A stretch of DNA of 64,000 bases from Microthyrium microscopicum (Eukaryota). The stretch covers positions 248,001 through 312,000 of the forward strand of contig MU004239.1 of NCBI GenBank assembly GCA_010405405.1, written 5' to 3'. Of this stretch, positions 50,113 to 61,560 are shown one piece after another. How positions within the stretch are numbered: position 1 is the stretch's first letter; each line of letters opens with the position of its first letter. The notes below the pieces were generated by a model that was not told where the DNA came from, did no database searches, and saw only the letters and a list, made by a program, of their open reading frames with translations. The position numbers and the translations under genes are program-made.

Positions 50113-51625
50113 CTATTGCTGTAAGATCTTTGCTTCTAGGTCACCCTTGACGGAAGGCAAATCAGCCATTGCTTGTTCGATGATACTGAGTGCTTTCTTG
50201 ATTTCATCTTCCGTGATCACCAATGGTGGAGCCAACCGGATGATATTTTGATGTGTTGGTTTTGCCTAGACAACTGTTAGCGGTAATCTTTCCTTCGTCA
50301 AAGGATTTCTACACATACCAACAAGCCTCTCTCTTTCATGCAGAGACATAAATCATATGCAGAACGGCCAGCAGTATGCGCTTCGTCAATCACAATAGCA
50401 TTCAGCAAGCCTTTGCCTCTGACAAGCTTGAGCATGGGATTTTGAATTTTGTTCAAACCATCTCGGAAAAGTTGTCCTAGACGTTCGGCGTTTGCAACCA
50501 TATTCTCTTCTTCAACAAGTTCCAATGCCCGAATCGCGACCGCAGAGCCTAGTGGATTACCGCCATATGTTGACCCATGAGTACCAGCCTCCACAGTCAG
50601 CATAATTTCTTTACGTGAAAGTACGCAAGACACTGGATACATGCCACCAGATATGGCTTTGCCTAGGAGAACCATGTCGGGTTTGATGCCTGACCATTCA
50701 CTGCAAAGCAGCTTGCCAGTGCGTGCAATACCTGTTTGAATCTCGTCACAGATTAGCAGCACATTGTGCTCCTCACAGAGCTTCTTGACATCAGCAAGGT
50801 AGTTGTCATCTGGGACGACAATTCCAGCCTCGCCCTGAATAGGCTCAACGAGGAAAGCTGCAGTGTTTTTGCCATGTTGCTCTAGCATTTTGCGAACATC
50901 ATCAACATTGTTATAGCGCACACGCGCTCCAGTTGCTGGGCATACTGCGCCAATATTGGGAAGATATGGTCCATAGTTGTCACGAGACTCTGCGTCCGTA
51001 GACATGGTGATGGCGGCAAACTATATTGGACATTAGTTCGACGCTTTCTCACAGCAATATGGAGAATTACTCACTGTTCGACCATGGAAGTTCTCTTCAA
51101 CGCCAAAAACTAGAGCCTTGCCTTGGGGGATTTTCTTGACTTTGTAGCCCCATTTTCTAGCAATTTTGACTGCAGTCTCCACGGCTTCTGCGCCAGTATT
51201 CATAGGCAACATCATATCATATCCAAACATTTTGGTTGCCTTTTCGGCAAAACGAGGAAAGACATTATTGTAGAATGCCCGACTGCTGAGTGTGAGCGTC
51301 TGAGCCTGTTCTGTAAGTGCGCGAACTAGTTCTGGATGGCAATGACCCTGATTGACAGCACTGTAGGCGGAGAGAAAATCGAGATAATGGTTGCCTTCCT
51401 GCAAAGCAAGTAAGTTGGTTAGAAATCAAATGGTTGTGATTGGGTGAGAATACGTACAGGGTCCCAAACTGAAGCTCCTTTAGCGCGGGCAAACACCACA
51501 GGCAAGGGATGATAGTTGTGGGCTGCGAAGTCGGCTTCGACCTTGAATGTTTCTTTGGAGGATGAGGTGTGGTATGGGGAAGACTTTGTTGATTGCTCCT
51601 CAGGAGACAAGGCAATAGGAGACAT
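50113..51625 (-). CDS. CAR2: Ornithine aminotransferase; 3 introns
   Basis: [94 protein letters not shown]. Confidence 0.96.
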
Positions 51626-54600
51626 TGTGAAGTAATATCAGTGTCTAGAATGCTGCGTAGCGAGGGAGATGGAGACGCAGGTTCTAGCTTGAAATATCGA
51701 TAGAAGTAGAACAGGGAGTGCGTTTTGAAGGCTAGTTACGACTTGATAGTCGAGGAAGAGTGCAAAGAGTAGACCAATCACAGGAATGTAATTGGGAATG
51801 TTGAGACGGAGAATTGATGGAGGATGAAGAAGTCAAAGTATTTGCAGATTGAAGTTGAGGATCTTGATACCATGTGCCGTAGCTAACCATAAGTAACCTT
51901 TAAAGACTGGAACTCTAGACCTTTAGACGTCTAGTAGTACCATGGATTTATCAATTGTTTGGAGCGTTGGCCACGTTGCTCTCTTGACGTCGATTGTCGG
52001 TTCTCCTTGCACTTAGGGGGATAGTGGTTTTGGAAATTTCCATTTTCCATGTCATGCGGCCACACGGAAGCGGGGCGAGTATGGATGAGCTCCTTGTTTG
52101 CAGAAATATTTTCTTGGAGAATATGGGAGTGTAAATGACATGAGTTAGTTTAGAAGATCTAAGCAATCATAATCTATGAGGAATGCTCTATTGTATACAA
52201 ATGCTTATGGTACAGGATTTACAAACGTCGTGGGCACCAGTAAGGAGCTTAGAAGATTATACTTCCTAAGTTCATAGTAATACTCTACATACTGTAAAAC
52301 GGTTCTCGTGTAGTGGCAAGCAGAGATCATTTGCTTCTTGAAGAAAGTAACAATCAAATGAGAACACCAAACCAAAGAGAGTTACATAACAAACCCATCA
52401 GACAAAAAGGTTCAATCTATCAACAGCATTCCACGTCCAGGGTCTCGTAGGTTCATTTAATCTGCAGGGGTAAAGTCGTTGGACAAAGAACTTTTCCAAT
52501 CATGGATGGACGACCATATTCTCATGATCTTATGCGATATTGAACATATGTAGTAAAATCCTGTCTGTATATTCTCAAGATTAGTATGTATGCTTTCTAG
52601 ACATTGATCTTGAGATTTACTATGTCAGTATTACCAGTATTGTCTTCTTCATCGACCATAAACGAATGGAACCAAAACATGGATAGTATAGACTAGAGTA
52701 ATTGCAGGCAAAATGGTGCGCAATACGTTATCTTGGTCTTGTTATCTTCTATGGAGTAATGAAAATACTTATGCTAGCCTGGCTAGCACAGTAAGTCTCA
52801 ACGTTCTTGTTTTCTCGGAGCCTTCTCCGGCTGCTTTTGTCGGGTTTTCCTTACCTCTCATCCATCGAGTGGATAAAATTCCAGTTGCCTTGTTATGCAC
52901 ATGCTGTGAACCATCCGCCTCACTTTTCGTCATTGCCCTATCCAATGCCCATTCATGTCACACGGACCCCGGAACTGTATCTCCTAGATGCTTGGGATGT
53001 CGCTGTCTCTTGGAAGCCGGTCAGAGTCAGCCTCCAACTCACCAAGATTTCTCGCTTGTCGTACCATGATGGCCTGATCCAAAGCATGTTCTTCTCTGAC
53101 CAGCTTGCTAAGATAGACCGAGAACGTACTGGTAGGACTTGCCATTTTCAGCAATTCATACATTCGTCAAGTTGGGCCCTTGTATCCTACCTCATAGAAG
53201 CATTTTACAGCATTCTAATACCTAAATTGCGCGAGACAAATGCACGAGAGAAGTCTAGGGTTTTGCAAGGCAAAGGTTCGCCGACCCGATTCAAAGAAAG
53301 AATGTCTGTCACTATCAGATCCATTGGTAGGTAGTCCTCAATAGCTCAGTAAGAGATACACTTCAAGCTTCAGTGAAATTATCTGGTGTCTGACAAGTTT
53401 TATCAACCAAAGGTTCAAACCTAGATTCACCGCCACAACATTTGTCGGAACCTTTGGACGCACATTGATGTGAACTGTGCCAATGGAAACATCTGTATGA
53501 ATGGTTCGTAAAAACTTTCTGGGTAACCAATGGGAATTCAAGAAGTCATACATCTGACGCAGCATTGAATGCGAGATATTCTTTAGCGTAGCCTCACTTT
53601 TTTCTAACCTGGTCAACTTTGCTTTTCCCACAAGGCTACTGTATCTCGATTCCCTTGATGGCCAAGCGGCAGATGTTTGATCCTTTGGCTCGTGATGGGG
53701 CTCTGCGGTAGTCCTCATTTTGAGCTCTTTATCTCATCTACCACTTCACTGTACCAGAATCATCAGAAGTCATTGCGACCAACAGTGGCCAAGCTCGCAG
53801 CAACTTTGCGCATTTTGAGGCTGGAAATTGGCCAGAAAATAACCATCACTGCGGTCCATCAGCTTGTCATAGAACTAAATTGAGTTTGCAATGACATGTT
53901 CCTCCTACAGTGCCGTTGATCGATTAGGCTGAGGCCTCTTTTCGAGGCTGCATGCGGATATTCTTAAGATAGGTATATAACTCGTACCAGTACACTGAAC
54001 AGGCCTCGTTCATTTTGGTAGCAAATTGGTTTGTATGTAATAAGCTGCAAGTAATCGTGTGGGGGCATTAATTCACAAAGTCGCCGACGGAAGGTGAATC
54101 GAAACAATGTGCCAATATGACATGTCAATGTGCAATGACTTCTTAGATATGCCAGTCAGCCTTACGGGGGCGACTTTCTAGCCATCCCAGATCAAGAAGG
54201 CTGTTGAAAAGGATGTTCACTTTTCCACTCTTGGCCCGCAGTCATTTTGGCGGATACGTCGCCTGACTGTTCTTTTCCTTAATCGCACTCACCGTCCTTC
54301 GTAAAAGATAGTTCCTACATGAGCTCTAGCTCGACAACTTGCACAGCCTGGCCCTCGTACTTCAAGATTGGTAAGTCGGCATGCCCCACTCTCTCCCTGA
54401 ATTCGACATTGAATCTCTCAATCCATCCGAGGCCAAGCGTCCTGATTCTCCTTGCTTGAAACCGGTTGCCTACTTTTCTGCGCTTCCCATAGCTAGCACG
54501 ATGTGCGCTTATATATCCCTCCGCCGTGCCGCTCCTCGCCTTCGCTTCGCTTTTACCACTTCACACCTCCATCCAGCTTTTCCAATCCAGTTCTGATAGC

Positions 54601-54798
54601 CATTTCGATCTGTTCAAGTTATCACTAGTGTTTCCTTCCTTGTACATTTCATCTGCTTCGCCCATCATTTGACCCATATCCTGCTTGCACATACCCGATC
54701 TGGACTAGCGCGTGGTAGCCATCAGCCTTACTGACCTCAGACCTGATTGTCATCCTCGGATAAAACCAATTGTGTTTCCTCAAGATCATTCATCTAGC

Positions 54799-57050
54799 AT
54801 GTCCTACTTGAATTCATTTGATGATGTAGACAACAGTTTCGATGGCTCTGGAGGGCAGTGGTTACCTAGCCCCAAACATGAGTCGCCAGATCTCACCTCG
54901 CCGATGGAGGACCATCCAGCGTTCAGCCTTGGCAGCAATTACGATATAGAATTTATGGCATCGCCCTTTCTTTCGCCAGAAATATCTGCCAGTGAAGTGG
55001 ATTCTAATCCAGGTTCCTTACAGTTGCCCTTTGACCTGAGCAGTGGAATACCCAAGTTCGGTTTCAATCACTCCTTTCCTGGAGCTGGCCATTTCCATCA
55101 GCATATGCAGCATTCTGTGATTGCTCCAGATTTGCATAACCTCTCCGAGCAAGAACAATATGGCGATTGGGGGTTCGATGTTCTGATGAGCCAGGAGAAT
55201 CCTCTGCCATACTTCGACCATCTTCAATCACAGAGCTCAGCAGCAACGAACCGGCTGGATCTCAATCACGTTCCCCGTGGATGGGCGAAACCCACTAGAG
55301 CTACTTCTACTAATATGTCTCGAACCGAAAGCGTTCTTAGCGGAAATTCTGTTGAATCTTATGCCAGCGGACAGAGTTGGGATGATTTTCATGCCGAGCA
55401 TAGCCCAGAGGACGAGACATTACCAGAGGATTGCCGCCCGTTATTATCGCCAAGCAATAATTCGAGACTACATGACACCGATTGGCCTAGTAATGCATCA
55501 AATGCCGACAGCATGGACAACGCCGCAAATCCCAAAGCGGTCCCCATTGTGGGAAATACTATGGGAAAGCAGAAGAAAGGCCGAACAGGTAAACTGACTG
55601 AAGAGCAGCGCGCATCCGCAGCTTCTGTTCGGAAGATTGGCGCCTGTATGACTTGTAGGAAACGTCGAGCAAGAGTAAGAAGCGCCATTACAACTGTATG
55701 AGCCATTGTTGATTATCGTTAGTGTGATGAAGGCATTCCGTGCAGATCGTGCCGCCGTTATTTCAGAAACAACCCGAAAGGTCTCGCAGAGAATCCTTGC
55801 CGTGGAGAAGCTCTCCATAATGTTGCAGACTATATTTTACGCCAAAATGCGTTCCCCAAGGGCCCTTTTAACAGGTTCCTTAGCAAAGACTATGTGATTG
55901 AACCAACTGAGTACGATGTCTTGCTTGACTTCGGCTTTGGTAACATGCCTTTCTCCTGGAAAGTGAAGCTTTTGAGAGCCAAGTCTGGTGCTGGAAACCA
56001 TCATCCTTTCATGCATAAACATGTTGAGTATCCATGGCCTCCACAACCTGGACGTTCCATTAAACTGGTGCGCGATGATTTGGTTTTCCCTGGCGTCCTA
56101 TCTGAAGACACGGACATCATTGCCCAAGTCGAAATATATCTAACAAAGCTTCTGGACAACCGAAACCAATTTACCTACTTCCCGTTATGGCGAAGCAAGC
56201 TCAAAGTCCTACGTGTCATATACAAGTACTATCTAAGTTTACCATCGGTGAGTAATTTCTGAGGACAATTTGCTCAACTCTTCTAACCCGCAAGTAGAAT
56301 CACCGTAAACCGCTCAAGCAAGCTCTTCAGCTTCTTATACTTGTCCACGTCGGCGGCGACGTACGACTGATTCCTGGTGATCCGGTTGCCGAAGCAATCA
56401 ATGCGAGGTTCTTTCCGGGACTGGACCATGAAAAAGTCACACCATGTTTCATTCGTGCGCAACTTGGCCCAATATTCTCCACTTTGGCTCATACTCTTAT
56501 GGGCAGCGTCTTGAAGCAATTAGAGCAAATATCTCAATCCCAAGATAGTAGAAGTTTTCCTATGATCATTTCAACCTTCTCGGCCCTCTTTCTGGCCCTC
56601 GAGTCCCTTCAGTATCATTTCGAAAAGGAAGCTTACCATTCTCACCATGATGAACCTGGTTATTTCCATGATGATTCATCTTCAACGCGTGATCTCGCCA
56701 CCTTTGAAGTTGGCGACGTTCTTTTGCGATTTTATAAAGCTACTCAGTGTCATGCCAGCCTACGGACTTTATACGATCTTGCTGCTCAGAGGCAGCGCGA
56801 TCTGGGGGGCAGTCTCCCGAAAGGGTATACTTCTCTTTCCAAACTCTCAGTACAGGTCGCAGGTGACGAGCGCACAACTGCGTTCATGTACTCTCTGTTT
56901 GGTGCACTGGTGTATGCTGGTCCTTACCTTGTGGAGAAAGTCCAAATGGATACCATTGTTTCATCTCAGGATATGTCTTGCTTCTTTGACCGACAGCTAG
57001 CAAAGATGTATCTTCTGGAACCAACGGATTACCCTGCTGCTACAAGATGA
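54799..57050 (+). CDS. Zn(II)2Cys6-type transcription factor with internal cluster; introns 55675-55722 and ~56248-56295
   Basis: Splicing restores VRKIGACMTCRKRRAR|CDEGIPCRSC...NPC, the six-cysteine cluster. Confidence 0.85.
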
Positions 57051-57470
57051 TCGATTTTACCCAACGAATATCAACGTTTCTATACGCTTTACGACTGCTA
57101 CGGCCTTTGGGATTTCATTAGAACGTATTTCCAGCTGTTTACAGTTTCAGTTGTTCATTTTGGTGCTTATACGGGCGCACTGATGCTCGTCTTCCCTAGG
57201 AGCGAGCGGTGTATTACTTTCTGTTTTGAACTAGTGATTATCAGTTCTTTCATTACCTAATATTTAGCCACATGGAGTTGGATATTTGGATGTTTGTTGG
57301 CCCGGACTAAAGAGTTCTCGTTTTGTTCTAGCGGTAGATCTTTGCCTTTGCCAATATAGCTATTGAATCGAAGAAACATAAAACGTGACTGTCATTGATG
57401 GTCTGAGCCTATATATGTAGCGCACGAGACGACCGGATCACTCCTTGTTGGACATTTTGAAAGCAATATG

Positions 57471-58866
57471 CTAGCTGGGACTTGATTTCAAAGCCAGATA
57501 CTTCTTCGCATCTGCAACAACATCTGCACCCCATAGCCACTGTAGATACGGCTCACTTGGGAACCTCGAATTCATATCCGCAGGAGGCTGTTTCTTCAAT
57601 CGTCTCTCTTCTTCGCTGAAAGCGAACTCGGCTTCTGCGTCTTTGGTCTGCTCCGCCAAAGCAGCATCGCGCATTTTCTTGAAGTCTCCACCAGCGCTCA
57701 AGAAACCAAAACCTTCGTGTGACGCAGTTTGCATGCGCTGGACCCGAGGCTTACGAATGGTCTCATAAGCTTCTGTCCCTTTAGAAATGGGCAATTGGTT
57801 CTCAAATGCCCATGTCACGCATTCTGACAACACAGCCGCGTCCTCAATAGCAGAGTTGCCGCCACTTGCCGAATGCGGTATCATGGCATGACATGCATCA
57901 CCAATGAGTACAATTTTACCGTCTTCGCTTCTAAAGGTCTCAATGGCTGGCAATTCCGCTAGCTGCCACTGAACGCAGCCATCAACTCTTTCCAGCAAGT
58001 CACGAACTTCAGGGCAAAAGTCCTCAAAGTCCTTTGCCATTTCTTTGGGATCAGCTAAGATTCCCCACTTGCCTGGTGGCAGATCAACTTGGCGTTCAAT
58101 GGCGCAGACGACATCGTAAGATCTGTTTTCTGGCAGCGGCCAGCTGAGGACATACTTTCCGGGTGATGTCCAGCACATTTCGTTCCCATTGTGTAGTAGC
58201 CAGTCCAAAGTTGGAACGCCAATCATGCGGTCTTTTGGGACTGTACAGCGGAAACATTGCTCTAAATGCGGCTTTGGGTCGATAGTCGAGAGTTTCGGGA
58301 TGGACTTTTGGACAGCTGAGCGCATACCATCGGCTCCAACAATGAGATCGGCAGTGAGAATCTTGCCATCAGACAATATGACTGCTGGTCGTTCGAGATC
58401 TATGTGCGTGCAATGGGCATCAAACAGTAAGGTTGCTCCGCTCTGTTTCGCGGCTTCAGCTAGGACACGCTGATAGTCTGCTCGGTTGATGTTCCAGGCT
58501 CTAATGGAGACGAAGCTCGTTAGCATTCAAGCTTGCAATCAGACCGTTCATTAGGACGCACTCATCTCCGTAAGTAAGCTCACTATAGTTTTTGTGGTTG
58601 TGAGCAATTGCTCCTAGCTTTTCGTTGGTGATGGCATCTCGAATCTCCAGAAAACCGTTCTTAGTGATAACTTCACCGAACTTGCTCTCCAATCCCCATG
58701 CTTTCAAACAGCGAACACCGTTGGGGAGTATGCCAATACTGGCCCCAAACTCGTTCAGCGTTGGCTTTGACTCGAGAATTGTAACTTTGTGTCCTTTTTG
58801 TGATAGTGTAGTGGCGGCTGCAAGACCAGCAATGCCAGCTCCAGCGATGATAATGTCATAACCCAT
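57471..58866 (-). CDS. FAD-dependent monooxygenase (salicylate hydroxylase-like); intron 58501-58561
   Basis: IIIAGAGIAGL Rossmann motif, DLIVGADGMRS, VLIGDACHAM.PHSASGGNSAIEDA. Confidence 0.93.
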
Positions 58867-59419
58867 TTCTGAAGAGCAGTTTAGAGCTTTGGAAATGTCC
58901 TGCGAGTAGAGTTCAGAATGATAAGAAGTATTTAAAGTATATTAACTTCCATTTGAGTCGTAAGACAGTCAGCACTAATAACAGTCTTCATGTCATCTTA
59001 CATCACGCTAGCAGTGGGTACTTCCATATTCCCATGACTGCTATCCAAAGATTTGCCCTGGATGATAAGTTGTTGATGGCACGAGAAATGAGTCTTATGT
59101 GCGGATGAAGTATGTTCAAGGCATACAAAGTCGAGAGATTGTAGTTGTGGAAGGGTACCTCTAGCCCGACGTACAGAAGATATCAAAACCGAAATGACCC
59201 CAAATTATCCTGATAGATTCTTCCAGAGGACCAGAGCCCAGAGGTAATGGTCATAATTTGCGAACAATTCTATGCAGTTAGGCTTAGCGGGACTGCACGG
59301 ACTAAGCCGAGTCGCACACTAGATCTTTTGATCCAACTTTTCGCAACTCCACCATTGAACTTTTTTTTATTCCAATTGACAGCCTGTATTGTATCACAAG
59401 AGGTCAACCGTCAACCACC

Positions 59420-60718
59420 ATGGACGCCCTACCACTTATGCCAGCCAAACGCTCGTTGGAGCCTGAAGACACGCTCGATTTTAGCTCAAGCAAGCGTTCT
59501 AAATTCGCCGCGGCAGACCCTCCAACTCCACCTCAAACCCTCTCTCCAAGCACTCCCAATCGCACCAACAATGACCCGCGTCCCCGCATCTACGACTGCC
59601 ACTATCCTCCTTGCACCGCTTCCTTCACACGCCCCTGCCGTCTTGCCGAGCATGAGCGTTCTCACACTGGCGAACGGCCCTACTTGTGCCCACGCCCAGA
59701 CTGCGGCAAGACATTCTCCCGCGACTACCATCTCTCACGACATCTGACGTTCTCTCACACTGATGCTCGCATACATGCCTGTACCTGGCCCGGCTGCGGC
59801 AAAGCCTTTGCAACCACTCAGCGCAAGCGCGAGCACGAAAAGACGCATGAACGTAAACGCCAATTTGCCTGCGTCGGCCACGATCCGTCCTGCACCGAGA
59901 CCTTCCGCAAGAAAAGCACTCTCGCTACACATATCGCCAAAGTACATCTCGGCATCAAACCGTTCCCCTGCACTGAGAATGACGACGAGGGCGCACCATG
60001 TACCGCCGCGTACGAGACACAGGGCAAGCTGAACGAACACATGCGCAAACGACACAGTGGCCCTCGCTACTTCTGCACACTCTGCGAAGACCCAGCTGCG
60101 GACGCCGAGCCAGGTGTGGCAGAGGACGAAGACACAGCCATGGGTGGATTCACGCTGCCCAAAAACCCACTTGGATTTACAACCATGCCCGCTCTGCTGG
60201 CTCATAAACGCGAAGCCCATCCCAAACAGCCCAAGCCCAGAGGCCGTCCGCGCAAACCAGTGGATCCCAATGTCTTTGGGCGTGTACGCGCAGCCAACAA
60301 CCAACATACCAAAGGCCGAACTGCCCGACCGCGTATCGCCGATGAACTTCTGGGTGTTGCACCAGAGGCTGAGGCAAGCATTGCATGTCTACGGTCTGGA
60401 TGCGACCACCGCTTCACCAATTCCACGGAGCTAGAAGAACACTGCATGGAGAAACATGGCATGGCGCGCATAGAGGTTGCCGAGGCGGAGCGAGAGCGGG
60501 AAGCGTTGAGCGGAGGTGTATTCTGGATGGGCGGCGTGGAGCCCGAGTACGAAGAGTACGGCTATGGCAGCCCATTCGGAAATGTGCATAGTGGCGTGGG
60601 CGTTTACGAGGATGATGAGGAGGACGAGGTTTTGTTCGGTAACGGCTTTGGTGCTGGTGTGGGAACCGCGATGGATATGAGTGAAGACTTTATTGATCCG
60701 GCGCTTGGAATGCAGTAG
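59420..60718 (+). CDS. PZF1: C2H2 zinc-finger protein, TFIIIA (Pzf1/Sfc2)-like
   Basis: Tandem C2H2 fingers including an HTGERPY linker, a split sixth finger with acidic insert, a distal finger, GGVFWMGG and a C-terminal IDPAL, as in fungal TFIIIA. Confidence 0.75.
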   Translation: MDALPLMPAKRSLEPEDTLDFSSSKRSKFAAADPPTPPQTLSPSTPNRTNNDPRPRIYDCHYPPCTASFTRPCRLAEHERSHTGERPYLCPRPDCGKTFSRDYHLSRHLTFSHTDARIHACTWPGCGKAFATTQRKREHEKTHERKRQFACVGHDPSCTETFRKKSTLATHIAKVHLGIKPFPCTENDDEGAPCTAAYETQGKLNEHMRKRHSGPRYFCTLCEDPAADAEPGVAEDEDTAMGGFTLPKNPLGFTTMPALLAHKREAHPKQPKPRGRPRKPVDPNVFGRVRAANNQHTKGRTARPRIADELLGVAPEAEASIACLRSGCDHRFTNSTELEEHCMEKHGMARIEVAEAEREREALSGGVFWMGGVEPEYEEYGYGSPFGNVHSGVGVYEDDEEDEVLFGNGFGAGVGTAMDMSEDFIDPALGMQ

Positions 60719-61560
60719 CGGTTTGCCAACGAAGACAAAATGGTGTTGTGGATGTAGTTCGTCCTTGCTGTATGGGGCGTCCCAGAGAACATGACGCATA
60801 TAAGACAGTTTCTCAACGAAAACGTGCTTTTCTGCCTGTATACATACTGTCCCATAGAGAAGCTCCCAGGGCCACAGGACGCGGCAAGGAACAAGATCAT
60901 TGCGCCAGCATAGCATAGCACAACAACTATCAAAATAAAATCAACCAGTTCATTCATATACACATCTAGCCATTCACCGTCTATCTACAAGGCATGATAC
61001 CATCATTCCGTGACAACCATAACGATTCGTATAGAGGTTTCCAATAGAAAACCAGGTCTTCTGAGACCAACGAAATGCTCAGCCTACCAAAAAAAGATCC
61101 TGAGTGGAGCCGAATCTTACATCGCGCTGGTAAATAGATCTGTGATGCAGAAATCCCATGAAAAAGTGTTTCGCGTGAATTCGAATTGCCACCCATGTTG
61201 CGTCTTGGGTCGTAAACTCCGTATATGCTACCAGATGGGCAAATCGTGTCGCTGAAATGCAGTTTGCTCCTCTCATATTCGTACATTCAAGCTGTATATG
61301 AAGTCTTTGCGGCTAACCGATATATCAGAATTATGCTGCGCGATGCACTAGATAACCGATGGTTTGCCGACTACGTCAAGCCCTGGATTGAAGAGCCTGG
61401 ACAAATTACGCAGATTGGCGAAGCCGTACCTAGCGAGTCAAAGATGTTGTCGGACTGTCCCGGTGTATCCAGAATTTGACATCTGAAACCAGCATGTTCG
61501 TGGCGAGGCGAGAAACATGGAAGGGATTTGGCTTTTATCTCAACAAAGGCAACTCATTCC

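Noticed and set aside
54799..58866. Zn2Cys6 factor plus FAD monooxygenase as a secondary-metabolite cluster
   Set aside because: No backbone enzyme in the window; the flanking genes are housekeeping.
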